A DNA stretch of 64,000 bases from Verrucomicrobiota bacterium. Its GTDB lineage: Bacteria > Verrucomicrobiota > Verrucomicrobiia > Limisphaerales > UBA11358. The notes under the pieces were generated by a model. That model had not been told where the DNA came from. It worked only from the letters and a program-made list of their open reading frames with translations, and searched no databases. The stretch covers positions 81,231-145,230 of the forward strand of contig JBEKXN010000004.1 in the NCBI GenBank assembly GCA_049511835.1, given 5' to 3'. Both the position numbers and the translations under genes were made by a program. Of the stretch, positions 36,579-46,309 are shown one piece after another (the first letter of the stretch is position 1; every line of letters begins with the position of its first letter).

Positions 36579-37127
36579 ATGGGCGACACGGATGAAGAGA
36601 AAACTTGGGTGTTACAGAGTCGGAATGGCGATCCTGCGGCTTTTGAATCGCTGATTCGCGCGCATCAATGCATGATCCATTCGCTGACATTCCGGATGAC
36701 GGGATCAATGGCCGATGCCGAAGACTTGGCGCAGGAGGCCTTCATCCGCGCTTACCGGCAACTGGATTCCTACCAGGGCACGGCAAAGTTTTCCTCATGG
36801 CTTTATCGGATTGCGGTCAACGCCTGCTTGAACTGGCGACAGCGGGAGATGCGCCGCGATCAAATTTACACCCAGTGGGCCGAGTCAAACGCCGTTTCTC
36901 AATCCGAACCCGGCCCCGATGCCCCTGGCTGGGAAGTGCCAGCCGCCTTGATGAAGTTGCCAGCCAAACAACGCGCCGCCATCGTGTTGACCGTTTACGA
37001 CGGACATAATCACGCGGAAGCGGCGAAAATCCTGGGGTGCTCCGAGACGACAGTCTCCTGGCGCGTGTTTGCCGCTCGCCGGAAATTGAAACGGCTGTTG
37101 AGCGCTAAGGGAGGAAGCAATGAATGA
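36579..37127 (+). CDS. ECF (group 4) sigma-70 factor
   Basis: Region 2 is DLAQEAFIRAYRQL...FSSWLYRIAVNACLN. Region 4 is LPAKQRAAIVLTVYDGHNHAEAAKILGCSETTVSWRVFAARRKLK. Confidence 0.85.
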   Translation: MGDTDEEKTWVLQSRNGDPAAFESLIRAHQCMIHSLTFRMTGSMADAEDLAQEAFIRAYRQLDSYQGTAKFSSWLYRIAVNACLNWRQREMRRDQIYTQWAESNAVSQSEPGPDAPGWEVPAALMKLPAKQRAAIVLTVYDGHNHAEAAKILGCSETTVSWRVFAARRKLKRLLSAKGGSNE

Positions 37128-37719
37128 TTTTGATTTGGAGCAAAAACTAAAGGCCGTGCGGGTTCCCGAGCGCGAAGAGGATTATTGGGAATCATTTCCG
37201 CGGTTGGTATCGGCAAAGTTGCGCACGACTCCTGCAAGGCGTCCAGTGGGGGAACAACACTGGCCGCCCCGGCTGGCGTGGGGCGGCGGCATCGCCTTCG
37301 CCTGCCTGCTCATTGGTTTTGCCATCGGTCATTGGCACGGTCGGATGGAAAAGAATGATCCTTACGCGTTGCTGCAAAACGGGAAGATGCTCCGCGAAGT
37401 ATTGACGCTTTTCCCCAACCGCGTCCGGGCCATCATTCAGGATGAACACGGGGTGCAACTGGTGCTTTCCGATCAGTCCGACATACCGGCCTCGACGCCG
37501 ATTTATGTTCACATTTGCGACGGCAAACAATGTTCGTCGCTGGTGACTTTCAGTGGCCAGGAACTTGAAATCGCCGGGCGGAAGGTCACGGTGCTTTTGG
37601 ACGCTCAGGATGGCGTAATTGTGGCGGGGCCCCAGTTCGCCTGGTCGAGCGATCAGCCGGCCGGCGCGAGCAGCGGCTTGAAGATCGAGGCCAGAAGTTT
37701 GAGCTCGATAACGTTGTAA
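37120..37719 (+). CDS. single-pass membrane protein, putative anti-sigma factor (non-zinc type)
   Basis: Overlaps the sigma gene by 8 nt. One TM helix (GGGIAFACLLIGFAIGHW). No HxxxCxxC motif. Confidence 0.5.
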   Translation: MNDFDLEQKLKAVRVPEREEDYWESFPRLVSAKLRTTPARRPVGEQHWPPRLAWGGGIAFACLLIGFAIGHWHGRMEKNDPYALLQNGKMLREVLTLFPNRVRAIIQDEHGVQLVLSDQSDIPASTPIYVHICDGKQCSSLVTFSGQELEIAGRKVTVLLDAQDGVIVAGPQFAWSSDQPAGASSGLKIEARSLSSITL

Positions 37720-37728
37720 CTAAAGATC

Positions 37729-40700
37729 ATGAAAAAACTTCTGGCGGCTTTGGCCATTGTGATTTTGGCGACCCAGTTATTGGCGCAGTCCAACATGCCG
37801 GTTCGGCTGGCGTTGATTGCGGAAACAGACGAGGCATCCGCAGCCTCGGATGTTTTGACGGTCCAACTTTCCGCCAATCAAAAAATCCAATTGCTGGAGC
37901 GGAATGAAATCGAAAAGGTCTATCGCGAGCAGGGATTGTCGGCGGCCAACAAGGATTACCTGAAGCTGGGGCGGATTCTCGGCGCGGATGGATTAATGTT
38001 GTTCGATGTGGTTCGAACCAAACAGGCGACCAATTTAATGACGCGGCTGATCGCGGTGAAGCCGGGCATAATTCTGGCGAACGAAGGTTTTTCATGGCCG
38101 CTGGCAAGTATAAATGAATGGTCGTCTTCATTTGCGGAGCATTTGAATTTGTTTTTCCCCAAACTGACCGTTCTGGCCAAAGAAGCCATTCCCATTTCGG
38201 TGGTGAACCTGCGTTCCGCGGTCCAGTCCGCCGAATCGCAGGAAGCGGAACGGCAATTGAAGCTGCTGGCCATTCAGCGGTTGAGCCAGGAACGGCAATT
38301 TTTTGTTCTGGAACGGCAACAAATGCAATTGTTGGGCGAGGAAAAAGAATTGAAATCGGATGACTCGGCGTTTTGGGACGGCAGCTACCTGCTCGAAGGC
38401 ATCGTGGATCAAAACGGTTATTCCAAGGATACCATCACCATCAACGCGCGTTTGACTCCACCGAAAGGTGGCGCGCCGCTGCTTTTTGAAGTTAGCGGCA
38501 GCCGCACCAATTTGGTAGATGTCATCAATCATTTGGCAGCAAAAGTCGCCGAACTGTTGAAGATCAATTCCACCGTCAAGGAATGGAATGCCGCCGATGA
38601 GGCGCAGCAATACTTTGAGGAAGCGAAATGGGCGCTCAAGTGGGGAGTCTATTCAGAAGCGCAAGCGGCGGCGGAATCGGCTTGGGCGCTGGGAAAACGA
38701 GATTTGGACTGTGCTTTGGTGCGGGTGAAATCTTACCTGGCAGACGCAGAACCCACCGATCCCAACGACCTGTATGAAAAGGGCAGTTACAGGGATGAGA
38801 CCGGCACTCCCGGCGATATTGATTCCTTTATTCGGGAATTGACCAACGCCCAACCTGGTAAAGTGATATTTGAACGGAATGGCAACGTCGTCCATTCTGT
38901 AATTCTTAAGAAACAACCTGACCAATTCAAATTCATCCGGTTGGTGCATGCGCTTGAGCTTTACGAGGCACAATTAAATTCATTGCAATGGAGTGATCCG
39001 ACAATCCGTAAAGAGTGGTGTGAGCTGGGCACAAGCCTTCTGGAAACCGCCGGCCAATGGTTGCGGGATTATTGTCTCGCAAAGCAGGCGCGGGCGGGAG
39101 TCGAGACACAGTTGGAGTCAGCGCGGCGACTCAGCGGGAAAATCGCGACCGCGCTCGTCGTCATGCCGGAAGCCAATGAGGAACGGTTCTGGAATGCCGT
39201 AGGCGGCTTCGGCGTCTTTTGGTGCGAGACGCCCGAAGAAGGCGTGGCACTCTACAGGAAACTTTTCGGACTGCGCCGGTTTAGTTCTGTGCGAAAGCAC
39301 GTGACCGGGTGCTACCCGGTTTTTTGCAATAAACTGCTGCTGCCCGTGCTGGCGGCGTGGCACGAGGAGGACGATAATCACATTGCTCGACTCTGGCGCG
39401 ATCTGGTGGAAGAAATGTGCGCGTCAACAAACAGTGAGCTTCGCGGCAATGGCTATTTCATTGTTTGTGCCGAAGCCGATAATGCACAAACATTCGTAAA
39501 AGCCCTCCGAATATCAAACAAATGTTTCTACGGTAATGACTCGAGCATCGTTTCTGACCTTGTAACATTGTCCGAGGAAGGACGGGACAAATTCACCCGC
39601 GACCAATGGATGTTGGCTCGGCAGGCGAAACTTGACCTGGTTGTCGAGCTGGAGACTCAGGAAGCCAGATCGAACGCCATGCGATCTATTCCACCCCTGT
39701 CACCCATGTTGTCGCGACCATTCCAATTCCTTACGAATTCGAATCTTCCAGCGTTGGCTAAACCCGCGCCTGTTGCTCCTCAAAAAGTCGAAACCCAACC
39801 CAGCAATCTGCTCGAAGTCACCCGGTTCTGGGAAATTCCGCTGACAAACAAATTGACGTTCACAAATTATTCCGGCGAAGGTGAAAACGAGTTTACGATG
39901 GCCGCGCCGAGTTCGGTAATCGCTTTCTGCTATCGTGAAGGTTACCTGTGGGTGGAAGCCGAGCATGAATGGGGTGATGTTCATCCGCGTTTTTTCTTCC
40001 GGGTAAACTTGGAAACTTTCGCATCGGAAACCATCCCCGTCGACAAGGACCGATACCACCCCCAGGACAGTTATGAATTTGCCGGCTCATTTCGAACATT
40101 TGAGGTTTATAGCAACCATCTTTACGCGAGTTCGAGCGATGGCATCAAACGATACTCGCTGGCACGCAAAACGTGGGAAGACCTGCCCGTGCCGGTTGGC
40201 GGCCATGCCCGAATAACTGCATTTGACGGTCGGATTTTTCTGAGCAGCGCGAATGCCATCATTGAAATGGCGACCGATGGTCGCACGTCGAAGGTTCTGG
40301 CCAGCACCCGGCGTCGCCCGCCGTTGACGATGCTCGATACGATGGATGGTTATTTCATGAAGGTTGCGCCGGATTGGAGTTCCTGCAAGCTGTTCGCGCC
40401 CGTTCTTCCCGGCCCCGACGGATCGGTCATGATGTTCTTGATCCCGAAAACCGAAGTTGCGGCGACGAGGGCGTCGCCACTACGCACAACTCCGGTTTTC
40501 GGGTTGAACGGGAGATTATACCTGCTGCCGCGTGGTGCGAGTGACTGGATCCCTGCAACACAAATTGCTGCTAGTCGAGAGGCAGAACGTTCATTTTCCA
40601 CTTGCGGCCTGCTGGTTTTGTCCGCGCTTGAATATGGCTTGTCGCAACCACCTGCGCCCGAATTGTATTTGATCCGTGCCGGTTCCACCAATGCGGATTG

Positions 40701-41109
40701 TATTATCGCCGACAAACCAGGACCGGGAGAACAAGCTTATTTGAACTCGATGAATTTTCACATACAACCAGTGCTAACGCGATGGACTTCGCCTGAGGGG
40801 ATGCGCATTGCTGATTCGCCTGCATGTCTGGATGGAGACACGCTGTGGGTCCTGCATGGCCGCCCCAGCGACTTGAATCTTACTTTGCTCCACTATTTGC
40901 CCGGCCAAACCAAGCCGGTTCAATACCAATTACACCTGAAACAACCTGATGCTGGCAGGATACATTCCGATTGGCATTTCCCATACAAATGGATTCAAAT
41001 TGAAGCGACACCTCAAGGCATCGTTTTCGGTGGCGCGGGGGTGAGTGGTCTCTGGTTTGTTCCCTCTAACGAACTTCAAAGGAATAACCTGTCTGAATTG
41101 TCAAAGTAG
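37729..41109 (+). CDS. large secreted protein: two LpoB/CsgG/TolB-N-like modules, a helical region and a C-terminal beta-propeller-like region
   Basis: Signal peptide. VRLALIAE...LLERNEIEKVYREQGL and ISVVNL...FVLERQQMQLLGEEKEL. The C-terminal repeats have a ...LW(V/I)... hydrophobic pattern. Confidence 0.45.
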   Translation: MKKLLAALAIVILATQLLAQSNMPVRLALIAETDEASAASDVLTVQLSANQKIQLLERNEIEKVYREQGLSAANKDYLKLGRILGADGLMLFDVVRTKQATNLMTRLIAVKPGIILANEGFSWPLASINEWSSSFAEHLNLFFPKLTVLAKEAIPISVVNLRSAVQSAESQEAERQLKLLAIQRLSQERQFFVLERQQMQLLGEEKELKSDDSAFWDGSYLLEGIVDQNGYSKDTITINARLTPPKGGAPLLFEVSGSRTNLVDVINHLAAKVAELLKINSTVKEWNAADEAQQYFEEAKWALKWGVYSEAQAAAESAWALGKRDLDCALVRVKSYLADAEPTDPNDLYEKGSYRDETGTPGDIDSFIRELTNAQPGKVIFERNGNVVHSVILKKQPDQFKFIRLVHALELYEAQLNSLQWSDPTIRKEWCELGTSLLETAGQWLRDYCLAKQARAGVETQLESARRLSGKIATALVVMPEANEERFWNAVGGFGVFWCETPEEGVALYRKLFGLRRFSSVRKHVTGCYPVFCNKLLLPVLAAWHEEDDNHIARLWRDLVEEMCASTNSELRGNGYFIVCAEADNAQTFVKALRISNKCFYGNDSSIVSDLVTLSEEGRDKFTRDQWMLARQAKLDLVVELETQEARSNAMRSIPPLSPMLSRPFQFLTNSNLPALAKPAPVAPQKVETQPSNLLEVTRFWEIPLTNKLTFTNYSGEGENEFTMAAPSSVIAFCYREGYLWVEAEHEWGDVHPRFFFRVNLETFASETIPVDKDRYHPQDSYEFAGSFRTFEVYSNHLYASSSDGIKRYSLARKTWEDLPVPVGGHARITAFDGRIFLSSANAIIEMATDGRTSKVLASTRRRPPLTMLDTMDGYFMKVAPDWSSCKLFAPVLPGPDGSVMMFLIPKTEVAATRASPLRTTPVFGLNGRLYLLPRGASDWIPATQIAASREAERSFSTCGLLVLSALEYGLSQPPAPELYLIRAGSTNADCIIADKPGPGEQAYLNSMNFHIQPVLTRWTSPEGMRIADSPACLDGDTLWVLHGRPSDLNLTLLHYLPGQTKPVQYQLHLKQPDAGRIHSDWHFPYKWIQIEATPQGIVFGGAGVSGLWFVPSNELQRNNLSELSK

Positions 41110-41115
41110 TTAAAA

Positions 41116-41973
41116 ATGAACGCGCTAACCAAATTGACTCTTCTGACCGCCGCCAGTCTGTGGTCGGGCGCGGCCTGCGCCCAGTTGCAACTGCTGTCTG
41201 ACCGGGAACCGCAGCAGGTGTTCGCCGGCAATGCGCGGGAAATCACCGTCGTCTGGCACAATGCCGGCAACAAAAGCGCAGCCGCCGAAATTCGCGCGCG
41301 GCTTTATCAGGCCAGTTCCGCGACGGCCGCTCCGCTGTCTGAGAAAGCTTGGAAGCAAATCGAGATTTTGCCCGGGCAAACCGTGCTCGAATCCGCGTCC
41401 TTGGACTTTCCTGCCGTAAACGCGGAAACACGTTTTCTCATTCAATGGCTGGAAGGCACCAATCAGGTCGTCGGGAAAACTGAGGTGCTGGTTTATCCGA
41501 CGAACCTGCTGGCGGAATTAAAGACGCTGGTGGGCGATGAGAATTTTGGCATTCTTGATCCGAACGATGAACTCAAACCGTTGCTCAAGCAGAACCACGT
41601 GGAATTTTCGGATTTGGGAGAAGCCGCGCTGGAAGATTTTCAGGGCAAACTGGCCATCATCGGGCCGTTCCAATCGAAAGGCCAGATGCGTGAAGGCCTG
41701 GCGCCGACGATTCAGAAAATTGCCCGGAAGGGCGTGGCCGTGGTCTGGATTCAGCCGCCACCGGGACCAAAGGACCAAATCAAACCATCGTTTTATGTCG
41801 TACCGGAAGGCAAAGGTACGGTTGTTATCGTCCAGTCTGACCTGGTTGCCGGTCTGTCGGAAAATCCCAGGTCGCAATGCAACCTGATTGATTTTTGCAA
41901 GCTGGCGCTAAATCCCATGCCGTTTTCCCTGCCCGATTTCAAAACTCAACCACGAAACCAAAACACATTATGA
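41116..41973 (+). CDS. secreted protein, beta-sandwich plus alpha/beta domain, unknown function
   Basis: Signal peptide ending ACA-QL. No motif recognised. Confidence 0.4.
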   Translation: MNALTKLTLLTAASLWSGAACAQLQLLSDREPQQVFAGNAREITVVWHNAGNKSAAAEIRARLYQASSATAAPLSEKAWKQIEILPGQTVLESASLDFPAVNAETRFLIQWLEGTNQVVGKTEVLVYPTNLLAELKTLVGDENFGILDPNDELKPLLKQNHVEFSDLGEAALEDFQGKLAIIGPFQSKGQMREGLAPTIQKIARKGVAVVWIQPPPGPKDQIKPSFYVVPEGKGTVVIVQSDLVAGLSENPRSQCNLIDFCKLALNPMPFSLPDFKTQPRNQNTL

Positions 41974-42899
41974 AAACACGAATCGCATTAATCCTGGCCT
42001 TGCTACTGACCGTCGGCACAACCGTGCGCGCGGCAACCAATGATGTTCTCACCGTCGCGGTCTTCGACTTTGAATCGAAAGACGAGGCCGTGAGCGGTCT
42101 CGGTCCCAAGGTGGCCACGTTGGTCAACGCCAACCTGTCCGCCGAACCGCAAATCATCACGGTGGAACGTGCAGAACTGGAAAAGGTTTTGGGCGAACAG
42201 GAACTGGGCTTGTCTGGAACCGTTGACCCCAACAGCGCGGCCAAAATCGGCCAATTGACCGGGGCCAAGGTACTCGTCACCGGACGGGTGTTCAAAACAG
42301 ATGGTCAGACCATCATTGTGGCCAAGGTCATCGGCACCGAGACCAGCCGGGTTTATGGCGAAATGGTACAAGGTGGATCGTCCGCCACGATCGTTGACCT
42401 TTCGTCCAGTCTCGCGAAAAAAATCGCCGCGGACGTGTCGGGGAAAAGCGACACCTTGATGGCCAGGGTGGAAACGCGCGAAGAGCGGATCGCCAAACTC
42501 AAAAAAACCCTCGATGGGAAAAAACTGCCGGTGGTTTCGGTAAAAATCAACGAACGGCATTACGGGCCGCACATCATTGACCCGGCGGCGGAGACGGAAC
42601 TGTCTTTGATCCTGCAGCAATGCGGATTCACGCTGGCGGACAGCAATTCCACCAACAAACCGGCCATTGAAATATCGGGTGAAGCCTTCAGCGCCTACGG
42701 CATGCAAAAGGGCAACCTGATTTCCTGCAAATCGCGGGTGGAAATCAAAGCCCGCGACCTCGATACCGGAAACATTCTTGTGGTGGACCGTCAAACCAGC
42801 GTGGGCGTGGACATTGCGGAGCAAACCGCCGCCAAGACGGCATTGCAAAATGCGGCGGACGTGCTGGCGGAACGCGTGATTCCAAAACTGGGGAAATGA
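41970..42899 (+). CDS. CsgG/LpoB-like periplasmic protein
   Basis: Signal peptide. LTVAVFDFESKDEAVSGLGPKVATLVNANL...ITVERAELEKVLGEQELGLSG...AKVLVTGRV is a CsgG/LpoB-type module. ATGA overlaps at both ends. Confidence 0.55.
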   Translation: MKTRIALILALLLTVGTTVRAATNDVLTVAVFDFESKDEAVSGLGPKVATLVNANLSAEPQIITVERAELEKVLGEQELGLSGTVDPNSAAKIGQLTGAKVLVTGRVFKTDGQTIIVAKVIGTETSRVYGEMVQGGSSATIVDLSSSLAKKIAADVSGKSDTLMARVETREERIAKLKKTLDGKKLPVVSVKINERHYGPHIIDPAAETELSLILQQCGFTLADSNSTNKPAIEISGEAFSAYGMQKGNLISCKSRVEIKARDLDTGNILVVDRQTSVGVDIAEQTAAKTALQNAADVLAERVIPKLGK

Positions 42900-45800
42900 A
42901 AGCATTCTTTTGCCGGTTTTTTTGCACGGTAATTTTTCTTGCGGCCCTGCGAATTGAGGCGTCGCCAAGGGTTGCGTTGATGGATTTCTCTACCGACGAC
43001 AATTCCTATCGCAGCGCGTTGGCGGCAGCAGATTTTAGCGCATTGCTTCAGGTAAAATTGAAGGATGTCGACGGCCTCGAATGGGTGGAGCGCAGCCAAT
43101 TGCAGGCGGCGGAAAAGGAGCTGAAGCTCTCCGCTGCGGGTTTGGTTTCGTTGTCTGCGGCGCTACGCGTGGGCAAGTTCGTAAAGGCCGATTTATTAGT
43201 AGTCGGGCAATTCACTTCCGCGTCCCAACTCAAACGGGTATTGCATCTTGAAGTAATCGACCTGGAGCACGCGGATGTTTTGGCTGAGACATCGCTGCCG
43301 ATTGTTGGTGTTCCGAACAAGCCCCTCGGAGTTTCCGTCATGGACGTCACGGCAGCGGAAAAAGGTTTCAGAACCATTATTAAGCAGGCATTAGCAAGTC
43401 AGTCGCGCGTGAAGAACCAAACGATAATCGCGCCGCTATTCTTCGCCAACACCTCCAGCAGCCGGCGGCTTGATTATCTGGAAACTGAATTACAATCAGC
43501 GCTGGTTGAAGCTGCGGCGCGGGAGGGTGCGCGAGTTCTGCAATTTCCACGCGCCAACATGGCTGTGGAAGAAGCTGAACTTGTCGTGGCTGGCTTGGTG
43601 GAGCAAGACCCGACCGCGTGGCAGAAGATGGCGGATGTTTATGTTTGGGGGCAATACGAGGAAGCGAAAGCCGATGGGCTTGCCTTTGAGCAAACACCGG
43701 TCACTTTCACACTCAACCTCTGGGATGGCAGTGACGAAGTGCAGACCCTGACGGAAACCGTGAAGGTGTCGGAGCTGCCGCAATTAAAGGAGCGGCTCAT
43801 CAAACGAATGCTCGATGCGGCCCAATCATTCAAAAAGCGACCACCTTCGGAGACAGCGCGCCATCAGGTGGCCCGTCAGCTTCTGTTTCGTGCTTACGAT
43901 GTTCAGGCATCGCCCAAGCCGTCGGGTGAAACAGCACAAGGCCGGCAATTGTGGGAATATGAAGTCAAATTGCTGGCCACAGCGCATTTTTTTGCGCCTG
44001 AATCCCATCTTATTCATCGTTTCTGGCTCGAAAATCGCTGGTTGCATTTGGCCCAATCCAATCTCTTTGGGCAGCACCTGGAGCAAATTCGTAGTTACGC
44101 TGAGTTTGAAAACAAGTTCGGTCTGATCACCCCAAAGGAAATGGAATCAGACCTTTTGACAGGTGGGCAGTGGCTTTCTTTCTCAAAACCCCGGGAGGTG
44201 GATTCGGCTCTTGAATGGGGTTGGTTGATTGCGCTGCGGGATGTGTGTGATACCATCAATGGGGAAAGCAAGGAAGGGCTTCCGATAGAAAAGATGTCCG
44301 GTTTTCCGACGGATGCTCCGCGGGCAGTGCTCGAATCGTGGCGGGACCAGATGAACGACGATTTCGTGCGCCGGCTGTTTATCATGTACGAGCAAGCATT
44401 GCATTCCAACCCACCCATTCCCGTGCCCAATGCACATCTGTTTATCGATTACGGCCTTGTTTTCGCCTTAAAAGACAAGGAAATAAAAGTGAAGTTTATC
44501 GAAGACCTCTGGCCGGCATATCTGGAGTCTCATTACGTGCCTTCGGCGCGTCACGAATACAGTGCTGAGGAATTTGAGGTTTACTTCACCAGAGGCATTC
44601 TGGCGGATGTCCAACGGGCCTTCACGGAGGCTGGCCGACCCCAAGCAGCGGAACCATTGATAGCAGCGTTCAAGCAAAAGGTGAAGATTGTGGCCGATCC
44701 TACGGCTGACATCAGAGCCGCTTGGGAAAATCCCCGCAAGCTGGTGACTGTGGACTTTTTGCCGCCCAACCTGAAGCCGGAATTGAAACCCGTCATGTTC
44801 CCGGGAAAGCCGTCCGTGGACGGAGTGGTGGCGTTGAAATTCAACGAGGGCATGCTTTGGGTGAGTACCCGGGCAGGTGCGATGACCTGGAGCGATCCGG
44901 CTTGGGAATACTTGACAAGGTCGCACACAAACGCAGCGGTCTGGCGGCTTTCAGCGAACAGCAGCACGCCGGAAATGATCTCATCCAAGCTTGGCCAACA
45001 CTCAAAGGTTACGTCTTTCTGTGCGCAGAATGACAAGCTGTGGATGACACTGGAACAGGATGGCGTGTTCTGTCTTTCGCCCGAAACTTTACAGAACACA
45101 CGTTACGGGGATAAACAAGGGGTGTTGTCACGCCAAATGTTTGCCAGCGCTCTTGTGGGCAAACGGTTATACTTCGGCGGTGGTGAGCCGAATAGCGGAA
45201 AATTAAACTATGTCGAATTGCCGGGACGGCTCTGGAAAAGTCAGGATTTGGGAAGCGAAATCGGTGCTCAAATCGTGTTGCTACAACCCTTTGGGAACAA
45301 CCTGTTGGTCAATGACCGGATTCTTAACACAGGCAGCGGAGTGTGGCGGTCCGTTCGCGACGAACTGTTGGGGGGAAATGCACCCCCGTTCAATAGTGGC
45401 ATGCCGACGCGCGAGTTTGAGTTGCTGGCGGCAACCGCCGACACGAATGCCTTGTGGCTCGGACATACCCTGGGACTGATTTCTTATAACCCCGATACTG
45501 GGGCTCAACATCATTGTTTTTCTGTGTGGGGCGGCTATCTCGTGGATGCCAGGAGCGGTGCGGCCACAAACGCCATGCCGACCTCTCGGCTGCCAGGGAG
45601 CGTGACCGCCTTGGTGAACGATGGAGATTTCCTGTGGGTGGCCGCGACCACGCGATTTGATCCGTCACTTAATGGCAACGGAAGCGAAGGACGATGGGTG
45701 AACGGCTACCTTGTGCTCACCTTGCGCCCGGGTTGTTTTGGATACGGCGGCGGCGGCAACAGTGGTGGATGGCGTAACATGTATGCAAAGAACGAACGCA

Positions 45801-46099
45801 ATTACGTGCTGCTGCTACATAAGCCAACCGGAAAGTGGGTTGGATACTTTCCGGTCACCAGCCGGGTCACAAGTCTGGCCGTCTCCGGCGAAAAGCTTTG
45901 GATCGGCCTGGAGGCCACCGGCTATGTCGCGCTGGGCGAACACTCGTGGGAAGACGATGAAAGGTTCGTGCCCAGTCCGCTGATCGAAGTGCGCAAGTTG
46001 CCCTTGCTCGCCATTTCGCCCAGCGAATGGATTCCTGACGAGGTTACGCCCACCGAACTGAAAGTACGCATACAACAGGCAATTCAGGCATTGAAATGA
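42896..46099 (+). CDS. large secreted protein: two LpoB/CsgG/TolB-N-like modules, a helical region and a C-terminal beta-propeller-like region
   Basis: RVALMDFSTDD...WVERSQLQAAEKELKLS...ADLLVVGQF. C-terminal repeats such as NALWLGHTLGLISYNP, GDFLWVAATT and GEKLWIGLEATGYV are Reg_prop-like. Confidence 0.45.
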   Translation: MKAFFCRFFCTVIFLAALRIEASPRVALMDFSTDDNSYRSALAAADFSALLQVKLKDVDGLEWVERSQLQAAEKELKLSAAGLVSLSAALRVGKFVKADLLVVGQFTSASQLKRVLHLEVIDLEHADVLAETSLPIVGVPNKPLGVSVMDVTAAEKGFRTIIKQALASQSRVKNQTIIAPLFFANTSSSRRLDYLETELQSALVEAAAREGARVLQFPRANMAVEEAELVVAGLVEQDPTAWQKMADVYVWGQYEEAKADGLAFEQTPVTFTLNLWDGSDEVQTLTETVKVSELPQLKERLIKRMLDAAQSFKKRPPSETARHQVARQLLFRAYDVQASPKPSGETAQGRQLWEYEVKLLATAHFFAPESHLIHRFWLENRWLHLAQSNLFGQHLEQIRSYAEFENKFGLITPKEMESDLLTGGQWLSFSKPREVDSALEWGWLIALRDVCDTINGESKEGLPIEKMSGFPTDAPRAVLESWRDQMNDDFVRRLFIMYEQALHSNPPIPVPNAHLFIDYGLVFALKDKEIKVKFIEDLWPAYLESHYVPSARHEYSAEEFEVYFTRGILADVQRAFTEAGRPQAAEPLIAAFKQKVKIVADPTADIRAAWENPRKLVTVDFLPPNLKPELKPVMFPGKPSVDGVVALKFNEGMLWVSTRAGAMTWSDPAWEYLTRSHTNAAVWRLSANSSTPEMISSKLGQHSKVTSFCAQNDKLWMTLEQDGVFCLSPETLQNTRYGDKQGVLSRQMFASALVGKRLYFGGGEPNSGKLNYVELPGRLWKSQDLGSEIGAQIVLLQPFGNNLLVNDRILNTGSGVWRSVRDELLGGNAPPFNSGMPTREFELLAATADTNALWLGHTLGLISYNPDTGAQHHCFSVWGGYLVDARSGAATNAMPTSRLPGSVTALVNDGDFLWVAATTRFDPSLNGNGSEGRWVNGYLVLTLRPGCFGYGGGGNSGGWRNMYAKNERNYVLLLHKPTGKWVGYFPVTSRVTSLAVSGEKLWIGLEATGYVALGEHSWEDDERFVPSPLIEVRKLPLLAISPSEWIPDEVTPTELKVRIQQAIQALK

Positions 46100-46309
46100 A
46101 ACTGTAAGGACTAGCGTGTTTTTGGTTTTCGATGGGCACACGATCAAAACAAAGCTGGCAAATGACAGAACTGTCATCTGCCGTTCAGCGGGCGCTCATC
46201 TCCACAAGGTTTCATGGTGACGTTTCAGTTAAAAAACAGACGCTTGTTGACGCCGAGCGCCCGGAAGAGCAAAAGTGGTTGGGCAAATTCAACTAAAAGA
46301 AGTCGCGTT

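Noticed and set aside
46163-46186. Palindrome aaatgacagaactgtcatct upstream of the YncE-like gene, considered as an operator.
   Set aside because: It is a single short palindrome with no associated regulator and no second copy, which is insufficient evidence.
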